50,597 nt of DNA from a virus. Its lineage: Duplodnaviria; Caudoviricetes. The notes beneath the pieces were generated by a model. It saw only the letters and a list, made by a program, of their open reading frames with translations, was not told the DNA's origin and did no database searches. How positions within the stretch are numbered: position 1 is the first letter of the stretch; each line of letters opens with the position of its first letter. The stretch is taken from IMG/VR virus record IMGVR_UViG_3300021964_000106, positions 1 through 50,597 of that record; one strand, 5' to 3'. Positions 34,815 through 44,676 of the stretch are shown here, one piece after another. The translations under genes and the position numbers were made by a program.

Positions 34815-35151
34815 GACGCACCCCGGTTGTTAAATCATCAAGATGTATAAACCGGGAGCTGCCTTTCTGATTAATTCCTATCCCTGTAAAACCAGCACGA
34901 AGAGCAGCCTCTACTAGCAGGTATGCTTCCGTCCTTGAAACAGCAATATCAATTGCTCTACCACTAGCATGCGCCCCCGGTAAATCTTTCTTAGCTTCTA
35001 TCGGGTGATTGTTGCAGCGGTAAGCACTAGTAACAGGAAAAGGAAAGCCCAGCTCTTCGCGCAGCTGCTCTACCTTTACCATGAAATCTTCCTTCATGCC
35101 TTGGCTTCCGCAATGTGAACATTTTAATTCATCTTCTGTAAAGTACTTCAT
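34795..35151 (-). CDS. Endolysin, peptidase M15A family
   Basis: YF..DELKCSHCG, VTSAYRC..H, H..GRAIDI, FIHLD; start MKYF with ATGA coupling. Confidence 0.9.
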   Translation of the reverse strand: MKYFTEDELKCSHCGSQGMKEDFMVKVEQLREELGFPFPVTSAYRCNNHPIEAKKDLPGAHASGRAIDIAVSRTEAYLLVEAALRAGFTGIGINQKGSSRFIHLDDLTTGVRPTVWSY

Positions 35152-38100
35152 GCTGCACACGCCTTCATTACTTTACCACCATCTGCGCGTTTATTTCTTT
35201 TAGCACAAGCACTCATTATCTTACCACCAGCTGCGCGTTGCTGACGTTTATTGATAATAGCATCATACATTTTTCTACGTTCTTCTTCGGCCTGTTTAGG
35301 ATTGTCATATCCTTTGATCACTCCGCTGTCTATCAGTTTTTTAAACTTCTTTCTAGTTCCACCAGCTGATAGTATTGTACCGCTTTCAGGATCATAGCTA
35401 GGAAGTAAGTACTCTTTGCCATTTACGCCAAGCCCTCTGATATACATTGTTACATCCTTCCCATCCATCTTACCAGCCATGTCACCGCGCACTACTGCAT
35501 CGTGATAGCTTTCTAAAAACTTAAAGTTTTCTGGGTGTATGTAACCGCCCTTAGCATACCCATGTAACTCCTGACTTTGGGCGGGAGTCATATAGCGGGC
35601 TTGCTGTTCATCTATCAGCTTGGTTATACGCTCCTCTGCTTCAGCCCTACTTTTAGCATTCATCGCATAACCTAGATTGTTGTTAAACTGATCCATCTCC
35701 CGTTCGGGGACGTTGGATATAACCTCCCGGGCATTGATCAGGAACTTGGATAACTCAGGTTTTTTAGAACGCTGTGCTAACCAGCCAAGGGCAAGATGTC
35801 GTGCTGCATCTCCCTTCCCGTCCATCTCTTCCCGTTGACCATACTTCATGCCAAGGGAGTTAGCCCATTCTATATCGCTCTTTTCTATGCCAAGGTTGGA
35901 GGCAATACCCCGGCCTACAGCGTTACCCGCTCCCTTCAGTTTGTTGGCTGTAATTTTGAAGATTGACTTCAATATCTTACCGCCTTCGTTGTATCTAGGT
36001 ATTTCTATCTGCTTGTCAGGGAGATCAATAACCAGCCAGCCATCTTCCATTTTAGTTGTAGTGCCAATGTCTTTAGCTATAGACTTAGCAATCTTAGGTA
36101 TCTCTGTTTCGTATCTTTGCTGTACTTCTTCAGATCGTACTAAATCATTAACACCTGAAGGATCAACAGCTATTTCTACACGGTCAAGACCTTCATCGTA
36201 TGCTCTTTGTATTTCACCATAGATACCCCGCTTAACGTATGGGAAGTCTGTTACTGGCATGATATACTCATCACCGAACATATCTTCAAACTCTTTTAGT
36301 TCTTTAATTTCTTCTTTAGTTTTATTAGGCTTATCACGCAGCTTCTTCCCTTTCTTTATTATTTCAGCCCTTTCTATATTACTGTTCAGCTGATCAGACT
36401 GTATCTCAAGTATCCTTACTGCACCATTTTCTACATCAGTTCGTGTATGGAAAGAGAACTCTCCTTCATCACGGAAATGAGTAGATTTACCCATTACACG
36501 AGGATCGTTGTATAGCCTTACTTTATAAGTATCTAGATTTGTGTCGGGAAGAGTAATTTCTGAAAAATCTACTTTTGTTGCGTCTGGCTCAAAGTAATTA
36601 ATGCTGGGTATTTCCCAACTCTCAAGTATCTCACTAAACAACATACCATCAATCTGTTCTGGTACAGTCTCAAATTCCTCTTCTAGATCATCTATAAAAC
36701 CAATGCCTTCATATTCGTCAACACCTTTTGGTGTAAGAGTAACGTCTTCTAAAAATGGTTCTCCGTTATTTCGGATTCCAAGCTTATAATCTTTTACTAG
36801 TCCGTTATCTACAGCCCTGTCCATTTCTACTTTATAGGCGTTTTCTATTGCGTCTAATCTTGCTTGGATAAGTTCTTCTTCAGGAGGTACTACAACCTCT
36901 GGTATGTCATCCATATCAACTTCTCTAACACCAAACTTATTTTTATCTGAACGAGCAGACTTTATAGTGTTTAGAATTTCAGGAGTTAACCTACCTTTTG
37001 TTGATATTTGAGACTTAGGTATTCTACCACCAGCATCATCCAAGTTGTTACCCAGAAACTCAATAGCATCTTTTATTCTAGATGATTCTATTTCTACTTT
37101 AGGTACACCCTGTTTAATTAAAAAATTTTCAAACGACTGAACAGGTATAGGCTGTCCACGCTCAATAAGCTTATCCAAAGCATTATCTAGCTTAGAAACA
37201 ACCTTTGCAGAAGGTGTACCAAAAGCAGTAGCAGGAGGAACAAATGCACCAGAGTCGCTCATAAACGCCTCTACAGCTAACTCCATTTCATTCTCTAACT
37301 CATTAGCTAAGTCCTCATCACCTTCTGCAAGAGCATCATTTATTCTTTCAAGATAGTCAGCTTCTATTTCTTCTTCGGCAGAAATCCGAGGCGTGTCTAT
37401 ATCCCGCGCTTGAATTTCATCCAAAGCATTAGTTATTTCGTAAGTGACATCTTGTGTATCAAAAGGCAATTCATCTGCCAGTTGATTAGCTTTTTTAAAA
37501 GCTTCTATTTCTTCTCGGGTATATCCACGCCAAATACTAAACTCGTCACCACCTATCGGCCCCTGCCATCCCTGTTCTCTCATCTGGTCAACAGTCAAAT
37601 CGTGCTTCTCGTCCAGAAGCGCACGAGCGTTTAACTGTGTAAACTCTTGGACTTTAGGATCGGCAAGTTCTTCAGGGGTGTAGAAACTTTCTATCCTTTT
37701 AGCAGCTGCTTCTGCTGCTTCATCAGATATATTCTTTTTAGAATAAGTTTTAATTATGTTAAATAAGCCTTTACCCAAACCACCCAGAGCAAACCCAACC
37801 CTTTCTTCTGAGTCTACAAAAGCACCACCCGCTTGCTGGTTGTAGGGCAAGCCTGTCATTTTGTCTATACGCTCGTCTGGTTCAACAGGTGCTTGAGGCA
37901 CATCATAGACCTCCCCACCTATAGCCCTTTTAAGTCGGGGGAAATACTCTGATTCCTTCCTTTCATTTTCAGGTTTCTCTAAAGGAGTAGCAATCATATC
38001 TGAATATAAATTGTTTAAGTTCTTTACTAGTGAACTTAAAGTTTCTTCATCTGTAAATTTAACTTTTTGATATATCCTGTATACATCATCAGATGTAATT

Positions 38101-41100
38101 TTTTCGGGCCTGAATCTGTTTGATGTCATCATCAACAGTTCTTCTCTACCTATAGTTATAGAACGGTCACTAATTAATTCTTTTAAAGCCTCATCCCTAC
38201 CCATTATAGTTTCAGCAGATTTTAAAACGCTGTAAAACTCTTGCGCCCTTTTGTAGATTGCATTTTCTCTAGTGTAATAATTAGAGATTACTTCTTCAGC
38301 TGTTGTGCCAAAGCTAGGATTATCAGAAATAATATTTCTTTTTGAATTGGCATATTCTTTAGCTGCAAATATCAACCTGTCTCTTGGATTAACTTCAGTG
38401 AATTTAAAACCAGTAGTATTTGTTATAGCCTCAGAAGCAACAGGAGTTACACTCCCGGTGCTAGGGCTGGGCGTTTCAAATATAGAGTCGGCTACACGTT
38501 CTAAACTAGAAACAGAGCCGGGCAGGAAAGAATTCATTACATGAAAAGTACCATTAAATACTTTATCCCATGTTGATAAACCTTCTTGAAATAAAGCTTT
38601 GCCTTCTCCTGTCCTACCATTTTCATTTTTAGCAGCTACATAAAGGTCAGTTAGGCTCTTTGTAAGAATTGCCTCATCGGTATAAGGAGATAGAATTTTA
38701 AGCACACCCGAGCTAATACCGTCAATTAGATATTCATCTAAATCTTCACCCTGTAACCTACCACTAGTAATTTCGTTGTAGGCTGCAAGTACTGGCTCAG
38801 TAAGTATGCTATAGCTATTAACAAACTGAGTATCCATTGCGAATATTTTATCGTCAAATCTAGCATACACTCTAGGCGCATCTTTTGACCAAGGAGTTTT
38901 GGTAATAGTATCTAAACTTTCTTTTTCTTCAGGTGTCAGCCCCAGCAAGTTTGCACTAGTGGCAGCTAATCCAGACCACATAGTACTAGCAGTACCGAAA
39001 CCAGCAAGTCTTCTCAGCCCTCTATTTCTTAAAACAGAATTACCAGATGTAATTTCTTTGGATGCCTGTCTTACTATATGTGTGCTGTTCCTTATAATTT
39101 CAGAAGGGAACGAAACAAAGCTTCCCACAGGTAGCTGCCGTAATGTTTTTATTCCTTTTGGGACTCTGTCATAATTTGGAAAAGTATTCCTAATAATTTC
39201 AGCAGCCATTTCCTCCAGTTCAGCATCAGGCTTTCCGAGGTTGGCTTTCTTTAGTGTATCTAGTTCTGATAGATAGCCATTAATTTTATAAAAATCGTCT
39301 GTTGCTAAATAAAAGTTTTCAATGGCTTCTCCGGTTTTTTTAATTTTACCCAGCCCATAGCCGTCCATCTTCTTAAAGAATTTATCAACATTACCTTCAA
39401 TAGCACTTTCATAGCCTGTCTCAAGAAGCTTTCTAAATTCATTAACAGATACGTTAGTGTTTATAATTCCAAGCCTCAGATATTTTTCATAAATATCATC
39501 TAGTCCCTGCTGACCTGTTTTTGAAATCTGATTCGCTAAAAGTTTTACTGTGCCAGAAGCTTTATTAAATGGGTTCATCCCATTAGCTAAACCAAACTGC
39601 GCACCACCACTTATGTTTCTTAAATGGGTAACGTGACTAAATACAGTTTTAGATTTCTGAGAATAGCCTTTTAACGAAAGAAAGCTTCTCCAAGCATTAG
39701 AAACCATGTGGTCTTCACCAGTTGGTGAGCCAAGTTTTAAGTAAGATTCCTGCTCTTTTATCGCAGTCAGTATTTCAGGAGTGGTATACTTACCATCAAG
39801 ATTAGAATTGGTTCCTGTAATTTTTACAAAGTTACCTTCTCTAGGTCTCAATGCCCCTTCATCAAAAATATAATTTCCCTGTTTACCCAGCCTTTCTAAG
39901 TTATCAAAAAACTTAGATGTTTCAACCAGCCTTGTCATTTTACTAACAGTTAAGACAATATTTTCTGTAGGTTCTTTGATCTCCCCCATAAAAGCACGGA
40001 GAGGTTCTGGGATATCTTTTTTACCTTTTAATATTTCAGTGTTAACTTTTCTAACTTTAGAATAGTACTCGCCAAGTTCTCCGCTTTTGCTTTTTAATTC
40101 GGGCTTAGAAATTATTTCATCCAGCACATTGTTAGCTTTAACTAAAGCATCATCTTCGGACATTGTTTTTTTGTATTGATTTACTAAGTAATCCTCTGCA
40201 TCTTTTCTAGCAGCAGCTGTAGGTGTGTACCCAGAATCTTCAAACAGACGATAAGACCTGCGCAAATACTGCCCGGTGTTCTCAGCGATAGCTTCTTTTA
40301 ATTCCAAAGGAACAGCATTTGAATTTACAGCTGCTTTTGAAAGATCATCAATTAACATCCTAGCTTCGTAAACAGATTCAGCTACTTCTTTAGTTAGACC
40401 TTCGTCCATTAAATCTACAATAGAAGCTTCTTTAGACTGCTTTTTAATAAAAGACAAATCTGATGTAAGAAGTTCCTGAACTTTATTGTTAACAGCCTGT
40501 GCTTCGTCCAGAGAAGATAAGTTATCTAATTCTATTTTTAACCTGTTACTGATATGCTCTGCCCTGCCAACAGCTGCACGTTGTGCATACTGTGCATCTT
40601 CAAACGCATGAAAAGCTTTAGGTGTCCAGTATCCACGGCTAGTAAATACTTGGTTCATAAAGCGTCTAAGTTTACTACTATTCTGTTGGGCTACTTGAGC
40701 AGCACCTTCAGCAGTCTCATTGTATTCAATCTCAGGACGTTTAATCGGAGACTGTTCTTTAATGTCTTTTACATGATCTAAAATTAGATCGCCTTTTTCA
40801 CTAGATGTCAGATCAGTATAGCTTTTCTTAAACTTGTCTCTTGCAAGCTTAGATACTTTAGCGACTCCCCCTACAATTTCAATAAGGCTACCCAAGGCAA
40901 GACCTTCGCCTAAAAGTTTTATTCTTTTTTCAGCTTCTGTATCATTTTCATCGGTAGCCATATAAGATGAAATTTCCTGTACGGCACTACCTCCCCAACC
41001 AGCTTCTTCTAAAAGATTAAATAAATTTTCAGATGGGTCAGCTAATATTTGATCAACAGCCACGCCAGTAGTGAGACCACCGACAACCGTAGGCAGGGCT

Positions 41101-41582
41101 TTAATTAATTTTGCCCTACCGCCAAGAACAGAACCAGCAACAAAAGTCCCTATTTCCGCACCAACCCCAACTACTTGACCTGTTAATGTTTCTGGCTCTT
41201 TTATGTTACCTTCAGGAGTCCAAAAAGCGTTATACATTTTTTCGGGCAAGTACTGCGTCAGCCTTTCTTTTTCTAAAGGAGTGACACCCTCTCGTGCAGT
41301 AAATTCATAAGGTTTAAAATCCTCACCGGGTTCCCAGCCTGATCCCGGACTCCATTTACCAATTTTCTGTGCTGTGTTAAGAAACACCCGCCCAAAATCA
41401 ACAGCAACACTAGGATCACTAACTTGCTCCTGCTCTTCTACTGCGGGAGATTCTGCTGGTGCTGTTGTTATTTCTTCAGGGTGACGGCCTAAATAGTCAT
41501 TTATAGCTTCTTCATCGGTAAACGAGTCTGGGACATCATTTATAACTTTGCCGTTAGGTAAACGTATGCTTCTTGTAGCCAT
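35148..41582 (-). CDS. Giant internal virion (ejection) protein with modular C-terminus
   Basis: 2144 aa, last of the internal-protein block; helical core (KTVFSHVTHLRN, DDFYKI..Y..E, AAEIIRNTFPNYDRVP, FVSFPSEIIR) plus appended modules. Confidence 0.75.
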   Translation of the reverse strand: MATRSIRLPNGKVINDVPDSFTDEEAINDYLGRHPEEITTAPAESPAVEEQEQVSDPSVAVDFGRVFLNTAQKIGKWSPGSGWEPGEDFKPYEFTAREGVTPLEKERLTQYLPEKMYNAFWTPEGNIKEPETLTGQVVGVGAEIGTFVAGSVLGGRAKLIKALPTVVGGLTTGVAVDQILADPSENLFNLLEEAGWGGSAVQEISSYMATDENDTEAEKRIKLLGEGLALGSLIEIVGGVAKVSKLARDKFKKSYTDLTSSEKGDLILDHVKDIKEQSPIKRPEIEYNETAEGAAQVAQQNSSKLRRFMNQVFTSRGYWTPKAFHAFEDAQYAQRAAVGRAEHISNRLKIELDNLSSLDEAQAVNNKVQELLTSDLSFIKKQSKEASIVDLMDEGLTKEVAESVYEARMLIDDLSKAAVNSNAVPLELKEAIAENTGQYLRRSYRLFEDSGYTPTAAARKDAEDYLVNQYKKTMSEDDALVKANNVLDEIISKPELKSKSGELGEYYSKVRKVNTEILKGKKDIPEPLRAFMGEIKEPTENIVLTVSKMTRLVETSKFFDNLERLGKQGNYIFDEGALRPREGNFVKITGTNSNLDGKYTTPEILTAIKEQESYLKLGSPTGEDHMVSNAWRSFLSLKGYSQKSKTVFSHVTHLRNISGGAQFGLANGMNPFNKASGTVKLLANQISKTGQQGLDDIYEKYLRLGIINTNVSVNEFRKLLETGYESAIEGNVDKFFKKMDGYGLGKIKKTGEAIENFYLATDDFYKINGYLSELDTLKKANLGKPDAELEEMAAEIIRNTFPNYDRVPKGIKTLRQLPVGSFVSFPSEIIRNSTHIVRQASKEITSGNSVLRNRGLRRLAGFGTASTMWSGLAATSANLLGLTPEEKESLDTITKTPWSKDAPRVYARFDDKIFAMDTQFVNSYSILTEPVLAAYNEITSGRLQGEDLDEYLIDGISSGVLKILSPYTDEAILTKSLTDLYVAAKNENGRTGEGKALFQEGLSTWDKVFNGTFHVMNSFLPGSVSSLERVADSIFETPSPSTGSVTPVASEAITNTTGFKFTEVNPRDRLIFAAKEYANSKRNIISDNPSFGTTAEEVISNYYTRENAIYKRAQEFYSVLKSAETIMGRDEALKELISDRSITIGREELLMMTSNRFRPEKITSDDVYRIYQKVKFTDEETLSSLVKNLNNLYSDMIATPLEKPENERKESEYFPRLKRAIGGEVYDVPQAPVEPDERIDKMTGLPYNQQAGGAFVDSEERVGFALGGLGKGLFNIIKTYSKKNISDEAAEAAAKRIESFYTPEELADPKVQEFTQLNARALLDEKHDLTVDQMREQGWQGPIGGDEFSIWRGYTREEIEAFKKANQLADELPFDTQDVTYEITNALDEIQARDIDTPRISAEEEIEADYLERINDALAEGDEDLANELENEMELAVEAFMSDSGAFVPPATAFGTPSAKVVSKLDNALDKLIERGQPIPVQSFENFLIKQGVPKVEIESSRIKDAIEFLGNNLDDAGGRIPKSQISTKGRLTPEILNTIKSARSDKNKFGVREVDMDDIPEVVVPPEEELIQARLDAIENAYKVEMDRAVDNGLVKDYKLGIRNNGEPFLEDVTLTPKGVDEYEGIGFIDDLEEEFETVPEQIDGMLFSEILESWEIPSINYFEPDATKVDFSEITLPDTNLDTYKVRLYNDPRVMGKSTHFRDEGEFSFHTRTDVENGAVRILEIQSDQLNSNIERAEIIKKGKKLRDKPNKTKEEIKELKEFEDMFGDEYIMPVTDFPYVKRGIYGEIQRAYDEGLDRVEIAVDPSGVNDLVRSEEVQQRYETEIPKIAKSIAKDIGTTTKMEDGWLVIDLPDKQIEIPRYNEGGKILKSIFKITANKLKGAGNAVGRGIASNLGIEKSDIEWANSLGMKYGQREEMDGKGDAARHLALGWLAQRSKKPELSKFLINAREVISNVPEREMDQFNNNLGYAMNAKSRAEAEERITKLIDEQQARYMTPAQSQELHGYAKGGYIHPENFKFLESYHDAVVRGDMAGKMDGKDVTMYIRGLGVNGKEYLLPSYDPESGTILSAGGTRKKFKKLIDSGVIKGYDNPKQAEEERRKMYDAIINKRQQRAAGGKIMSACAKRNKRADGGKVMKACAA

Positions 41583-41595
41583 TAAATATTAATCC

Positions 41596-42909
41596 TTAAT
41601 TGTTAAAGCTAGAACTTGCTGCGTTAGCCATCTGCTGAGACATGTTCATTGTAAAACTAATTCGGTCAGCTAGCTGCCTAAACAATTCGTCTTTTTCTAT
41701 ACCTTGTTCAGCTAACTGAGCAATCAACCCGTCTATTTTTAATGCGTCTTCTCCTAACACATCAAACATTTGAATAGCAATACTGTCTCTAACAGTGTCT
41801 CTTATTTCAGTGGGATTGGCTGTTAAGAAAGTTGAATATTCTTTTGCAGCAGTAGCGTATTTTGCTACAGTATCTATTTTTGTTGTTTCAATACCATGTT
41901 TTTCTTTTAACTCCTGCTGAAATCTCTGATAAGCTTGAGGATTCAGCTGATTAAAAGCATCTTTACCAAAATTAAAATTACTGTCTAATGCAGCAAGCGT
42001 TTCTTTTTCTACATCAGCAGGGTCTTTTAATTTATTAAAGTCTACGCTTAGATCAGAAACAGTTTCTTTAATTTCCCCAGTATTTCTATCTGTCCTTGTT
42101 GTTGTTTTAAACCTAAGTAACGCTCCACCAGACGCAGATACTTTATCAGAAGTATTTGTAATATATTTGTCTTCATCTTTAATTTCAGGAACTACAAAAG
42201 TGCTGTAGTCATAAGAACCAACTAAATTTTTAGTCTCTCTATATTCATCCATAAATAAATTCAGACGATCTGCGTTCTGCATGATGTCGCTATTGATGAT
42301 TGCATCATAAGCTTCTTTATCAATTTCCTGCTTGGTCTTACCAGACACTTTTCTTTTGAGAAAAGATATACCAGCATCCAACAAGTTTTGAGGTCTAGCA
42401 CTTTTTTTGCTCAGTCCAATCATACTATCAAAATCTTCTTGAGAAGCTAATGAACTAGCTAGTGCATAACCTTTAGCTTGCGCATCAGCCTGTTCCTGAG
42501 CAAACTCTCTTACTTGCTGAGTAACTAAAGAATTAAACGCCCCGGCTTCACCTATTAATCCATATTCACCACGTTTATTCAATGCTTCTTTAGCTAACTG
42601 CTCAAACTGAGTGCGGTTAATACTGGCAAAATAATCTACTGCACTTTGACCAGAATTATCTATGGCTTCTTGAGTTCTTTTATAAATATCTGCATTAGCT
42701 ACAGCATTCCTAAAAGCACGTTTTTCTGCGCGAATAGGCTCGCTTTGCATAAAATTATCAGCAGCCGACTGTAAAATATTTTTGCCTACTGCGCCAGCAA
42801 TTGTACCAAGGGCAACATCTCTCTGCGCCCTGCGCTGCTGTTTAGCTATCCTTTGCTGCCTCTGACGCTGTCCTGCAAGCAGTGACTGTCCAAACTGTTC
42901 AATAGCCAT
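41596..42909 (-). CDS. Internal virion protein
   Basis: 437 aa, predicted helical; position in ejection-protein block. Confidence 0.6.
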   Translation of the reverse strand: MAIEQFGQSLLAGQRQRQQRIAKQQRRAQRDVALGTIAGAVGKNILQSAADNFMQSEPIRAEKRAFRNAVANADIYKRTQEAIDNSGQSAVDYFASINRTQFEQLAKEALNKRGEYGLIGEAGAFNSLVTQQVREFAQEQADAQAKGYALASSLASQEDFDSMIGLSKKSARPQNLLDAGISFLKRKVSGKTKQEIDKEAYDAIINSDIMQNADRLNLFMDEYRETKNLVGSYDYSTFVVPEIKDEDKYITNTSDKVSASGGALLRFKTTTRTDRNTGEIKETVSDLSVDFNKLKDPADVEKETLAALDSNFNFGKDAFNQLNPQAYQRFQQELKEKHGIETTKIDTVAKYATAAKEYSTFLTANPTEIRDTVRDSIAIQMFDVLGEDALKIDGLIAQLAEQGIEKDELFRQLADRISFTMNMSQQMANAASSSFNN

Positions 42910-42922
42910 CTATATAATCCTC

Positions 42923-43495
42923 TTACTGTTGTGCCATTAAACTGGCGGGGGCTTCTTCAGCTTCTTCTACGGGCGGTTGAGCCATCAAGCTGTTTACAGG
43001 CATTTCTTCAATTGCTGTTGTTATTTCTTCTGGCAATGCACCAGCAGGTACACCTTGAGAATTTTTTATTTTTTCTAATATTCTTTTGCTATTTTCTACG
43101 CCCATGACTTCATCCTCGGCTGCTTCTTCTGCTTCTTCGTCACGATATATAACGTAGTCAATATCAACACGTTCGGCAAGAGCCATGATCATGTAAGTCA
43201 TAGGTTCAGCTAACAGCAGCATTAAGTCGGGGTTCCACTTGCCGTTGCTAAAACCTTCAAATAAAAATATCTGAACTAAATCCATGATAGGAAAACCATT
43301 TTCAACTTCCTGCATGATTCCCATGTAATTTTCTTCTTCAGTTATAGAAACAAAGATATACTCAAGAGCGTCCCTCATTTCAGTAAACTCAGGAGCCTTT
43401 TCAAATGGCTGTGGATTCTCTGGATCGTTAGTTAAAGACTGACCGGGAATAGCACGATCAGCTTTATTTATATACTCTGCAAACTGTTGTTCCAT
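42923..43495 (-). CDS. Conserved virion-associated protein
   Basis: IPGQSLT.DP.NP.PFEK.PEFT and GF..GKWNPDLMLLLAEP motifs. Confidence 0.65.
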   Translation of the reverse strand: MEQQFAEYINKADRAIPGQSLTNDPENPQPFEKAPEFTEMRDALEYIFVSITEEENYMGIMQEVENGFPIMDLVQIFLFEGFSNGKWNPDLMLLLAEPMTYMIMALAERVDIDYVIYRDEEAEEAAEDEVMGVENSKRILEKIKNSQGVPAGALPEEITTAIEEMPVNSLMAQPPVEEAEEAPASLMAQQ

Positions 43496-43496
43496 G

Positions 43497-44663
43497 TTAT
43501 GCTACTCCCATTGCTCTTTTCCAAGAACTTAGTGGTCTATAATAAACATCCCCCGGCTGGGCAATATCAAACTGAACCATAGGGAATCCAAACTGAGCAA
43601 GAGGTGCTGCTTCTTCTACATCATATTGTCCAAGAAGTACAGGCGATGCACCGTAAGCAGAAGTCCCGCCATAACCTACTTCAGGAGCAGAGAAATATTC
43701 TTGGGCAGCAGTAGTGATCCCTGCTGTAACTGCCTCTCCTGTTAGGTTAATACCAGAAGTAGATTTTTCTAATCCAAAATCGTAGTCTAATGCTTCTGCT
43801 TTAAGTTCATCTAGTGAACGGACAGGGGTTCCTAATTTAGAGGGGTCAGCAACAGCTTCCTCAAAACTAGGCATGGACATGCCATCTTTTAATAGATTTG
43901 GTTGCGCAGCTTCAATCCCACCTTTTGTAAATCCCGGTTCATACAAGCCAGCAGACTTCTGTGCTAACAAACTATCCCCACCTGTAATAGTTGCTTGCGC
44001 ACTAGGTTCCAAAAGCGGAATCTCAGGCATCTCAGGTACGTCTACTTTTAACGAGGGGGCAGCTTCCCTTGTTGGATCAAAAGCATCCGCAAAAGGATCA
44101 TCTACTATACTATCAGTTTTTAACATAGGTCTTGATACTGCTGCTTGTGTACGCTGATAAGTCGGGTCAAACTGATTCATCCATTTAGTTGAGCCAATTG
44201 TGGTGTTCCAAGTTTTAGCAGTAGCACCTGCTGCACGTTCAAATGCCCCACCAGTACCAAAAAAGTTATTAGCTGCCCCTTCAAAATTTACTCCGGGTAT
44301 TTTATTTAAAGCAGTTTTACCTACTTCACCAATAAAGTTTTTAACACCTGAAGTAACAGTATTAAAAGCTCTAGCAGACTGAGTCACAAACTTTGTCGCT
44401 GTGCCTATGACTGCTTTTGCTCCTTGTACTAAAGCATTACCACCAGCAGTACTAGCCCAAGCAGCTACCTTTCCTAACGTCCCTCCTAATGTTTTGAGCA
44501 AGGCTCCCCCGACCCCCGGCAGGATAAACGACATAGCAATTTGACCGACAATGCCGATCTTGTCCATGAATTTACCAACTTTCTTGGCAACCTTTTTAAT
44601 ACCTTTACCAATTTTCTTAAAGACTTTCTTTACGCCTTTAAATATCTTACTAAAAAATCCCAT
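43497..44663 (-). CDS. Internal virion protein with cationic amphipathic N-terminus
   Basis: MGFFSKIFKGVKKVFKKIGKGIKKVAKKVGK followed by a Gly/Ala-rich hydrophobic stretch. Confidence 0.65.
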   Translation of the reverse strand: MGFFSKIFKGVKKVFKKIGKGIKKVAKKVGKFMDKIGIVGQIAMSFILPGVGGALLKTLGGTLGKVAAWASTAGGNALVQGAKAVIGTATKFVTQSARAFNTVTSGVKNFIGEVGKTALNKIPGVNFEGAANNFFGTGGAFERAAGATAKTWNTTIGSTKWMNQFDPTYQRTQAAVSRPMLKTDSIVDDPFADAFDPTREAAPSLKVDVPEMPEIPLLEPSAQATITGGDSLLAQKSAGLYEPGFTKGGIEAAQPNLLKDGMSMPSFEEAVADPSKLGTPVRSLDELKAEALDYDFGLEKSTSGINLTGEAVTAGITTAAQEYFSAPEVGYGGTSAYGASPVLLGQYDVEEAAPLAQFGFPMVQFDIAQPGDVYYRPLSSWKRAMGVA

Positions 44664-44676
44664 GCTTAATTACCCT

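Noticed and set aside
35148-41582. N4-like virion RNA polymerase to pair with the hairpins
   Set aside because: I could not find T7/N4 polymerase catalytic motifs and the protein is much shorter than N4 vRNAP. A structure search would be needed to exclude it fully.
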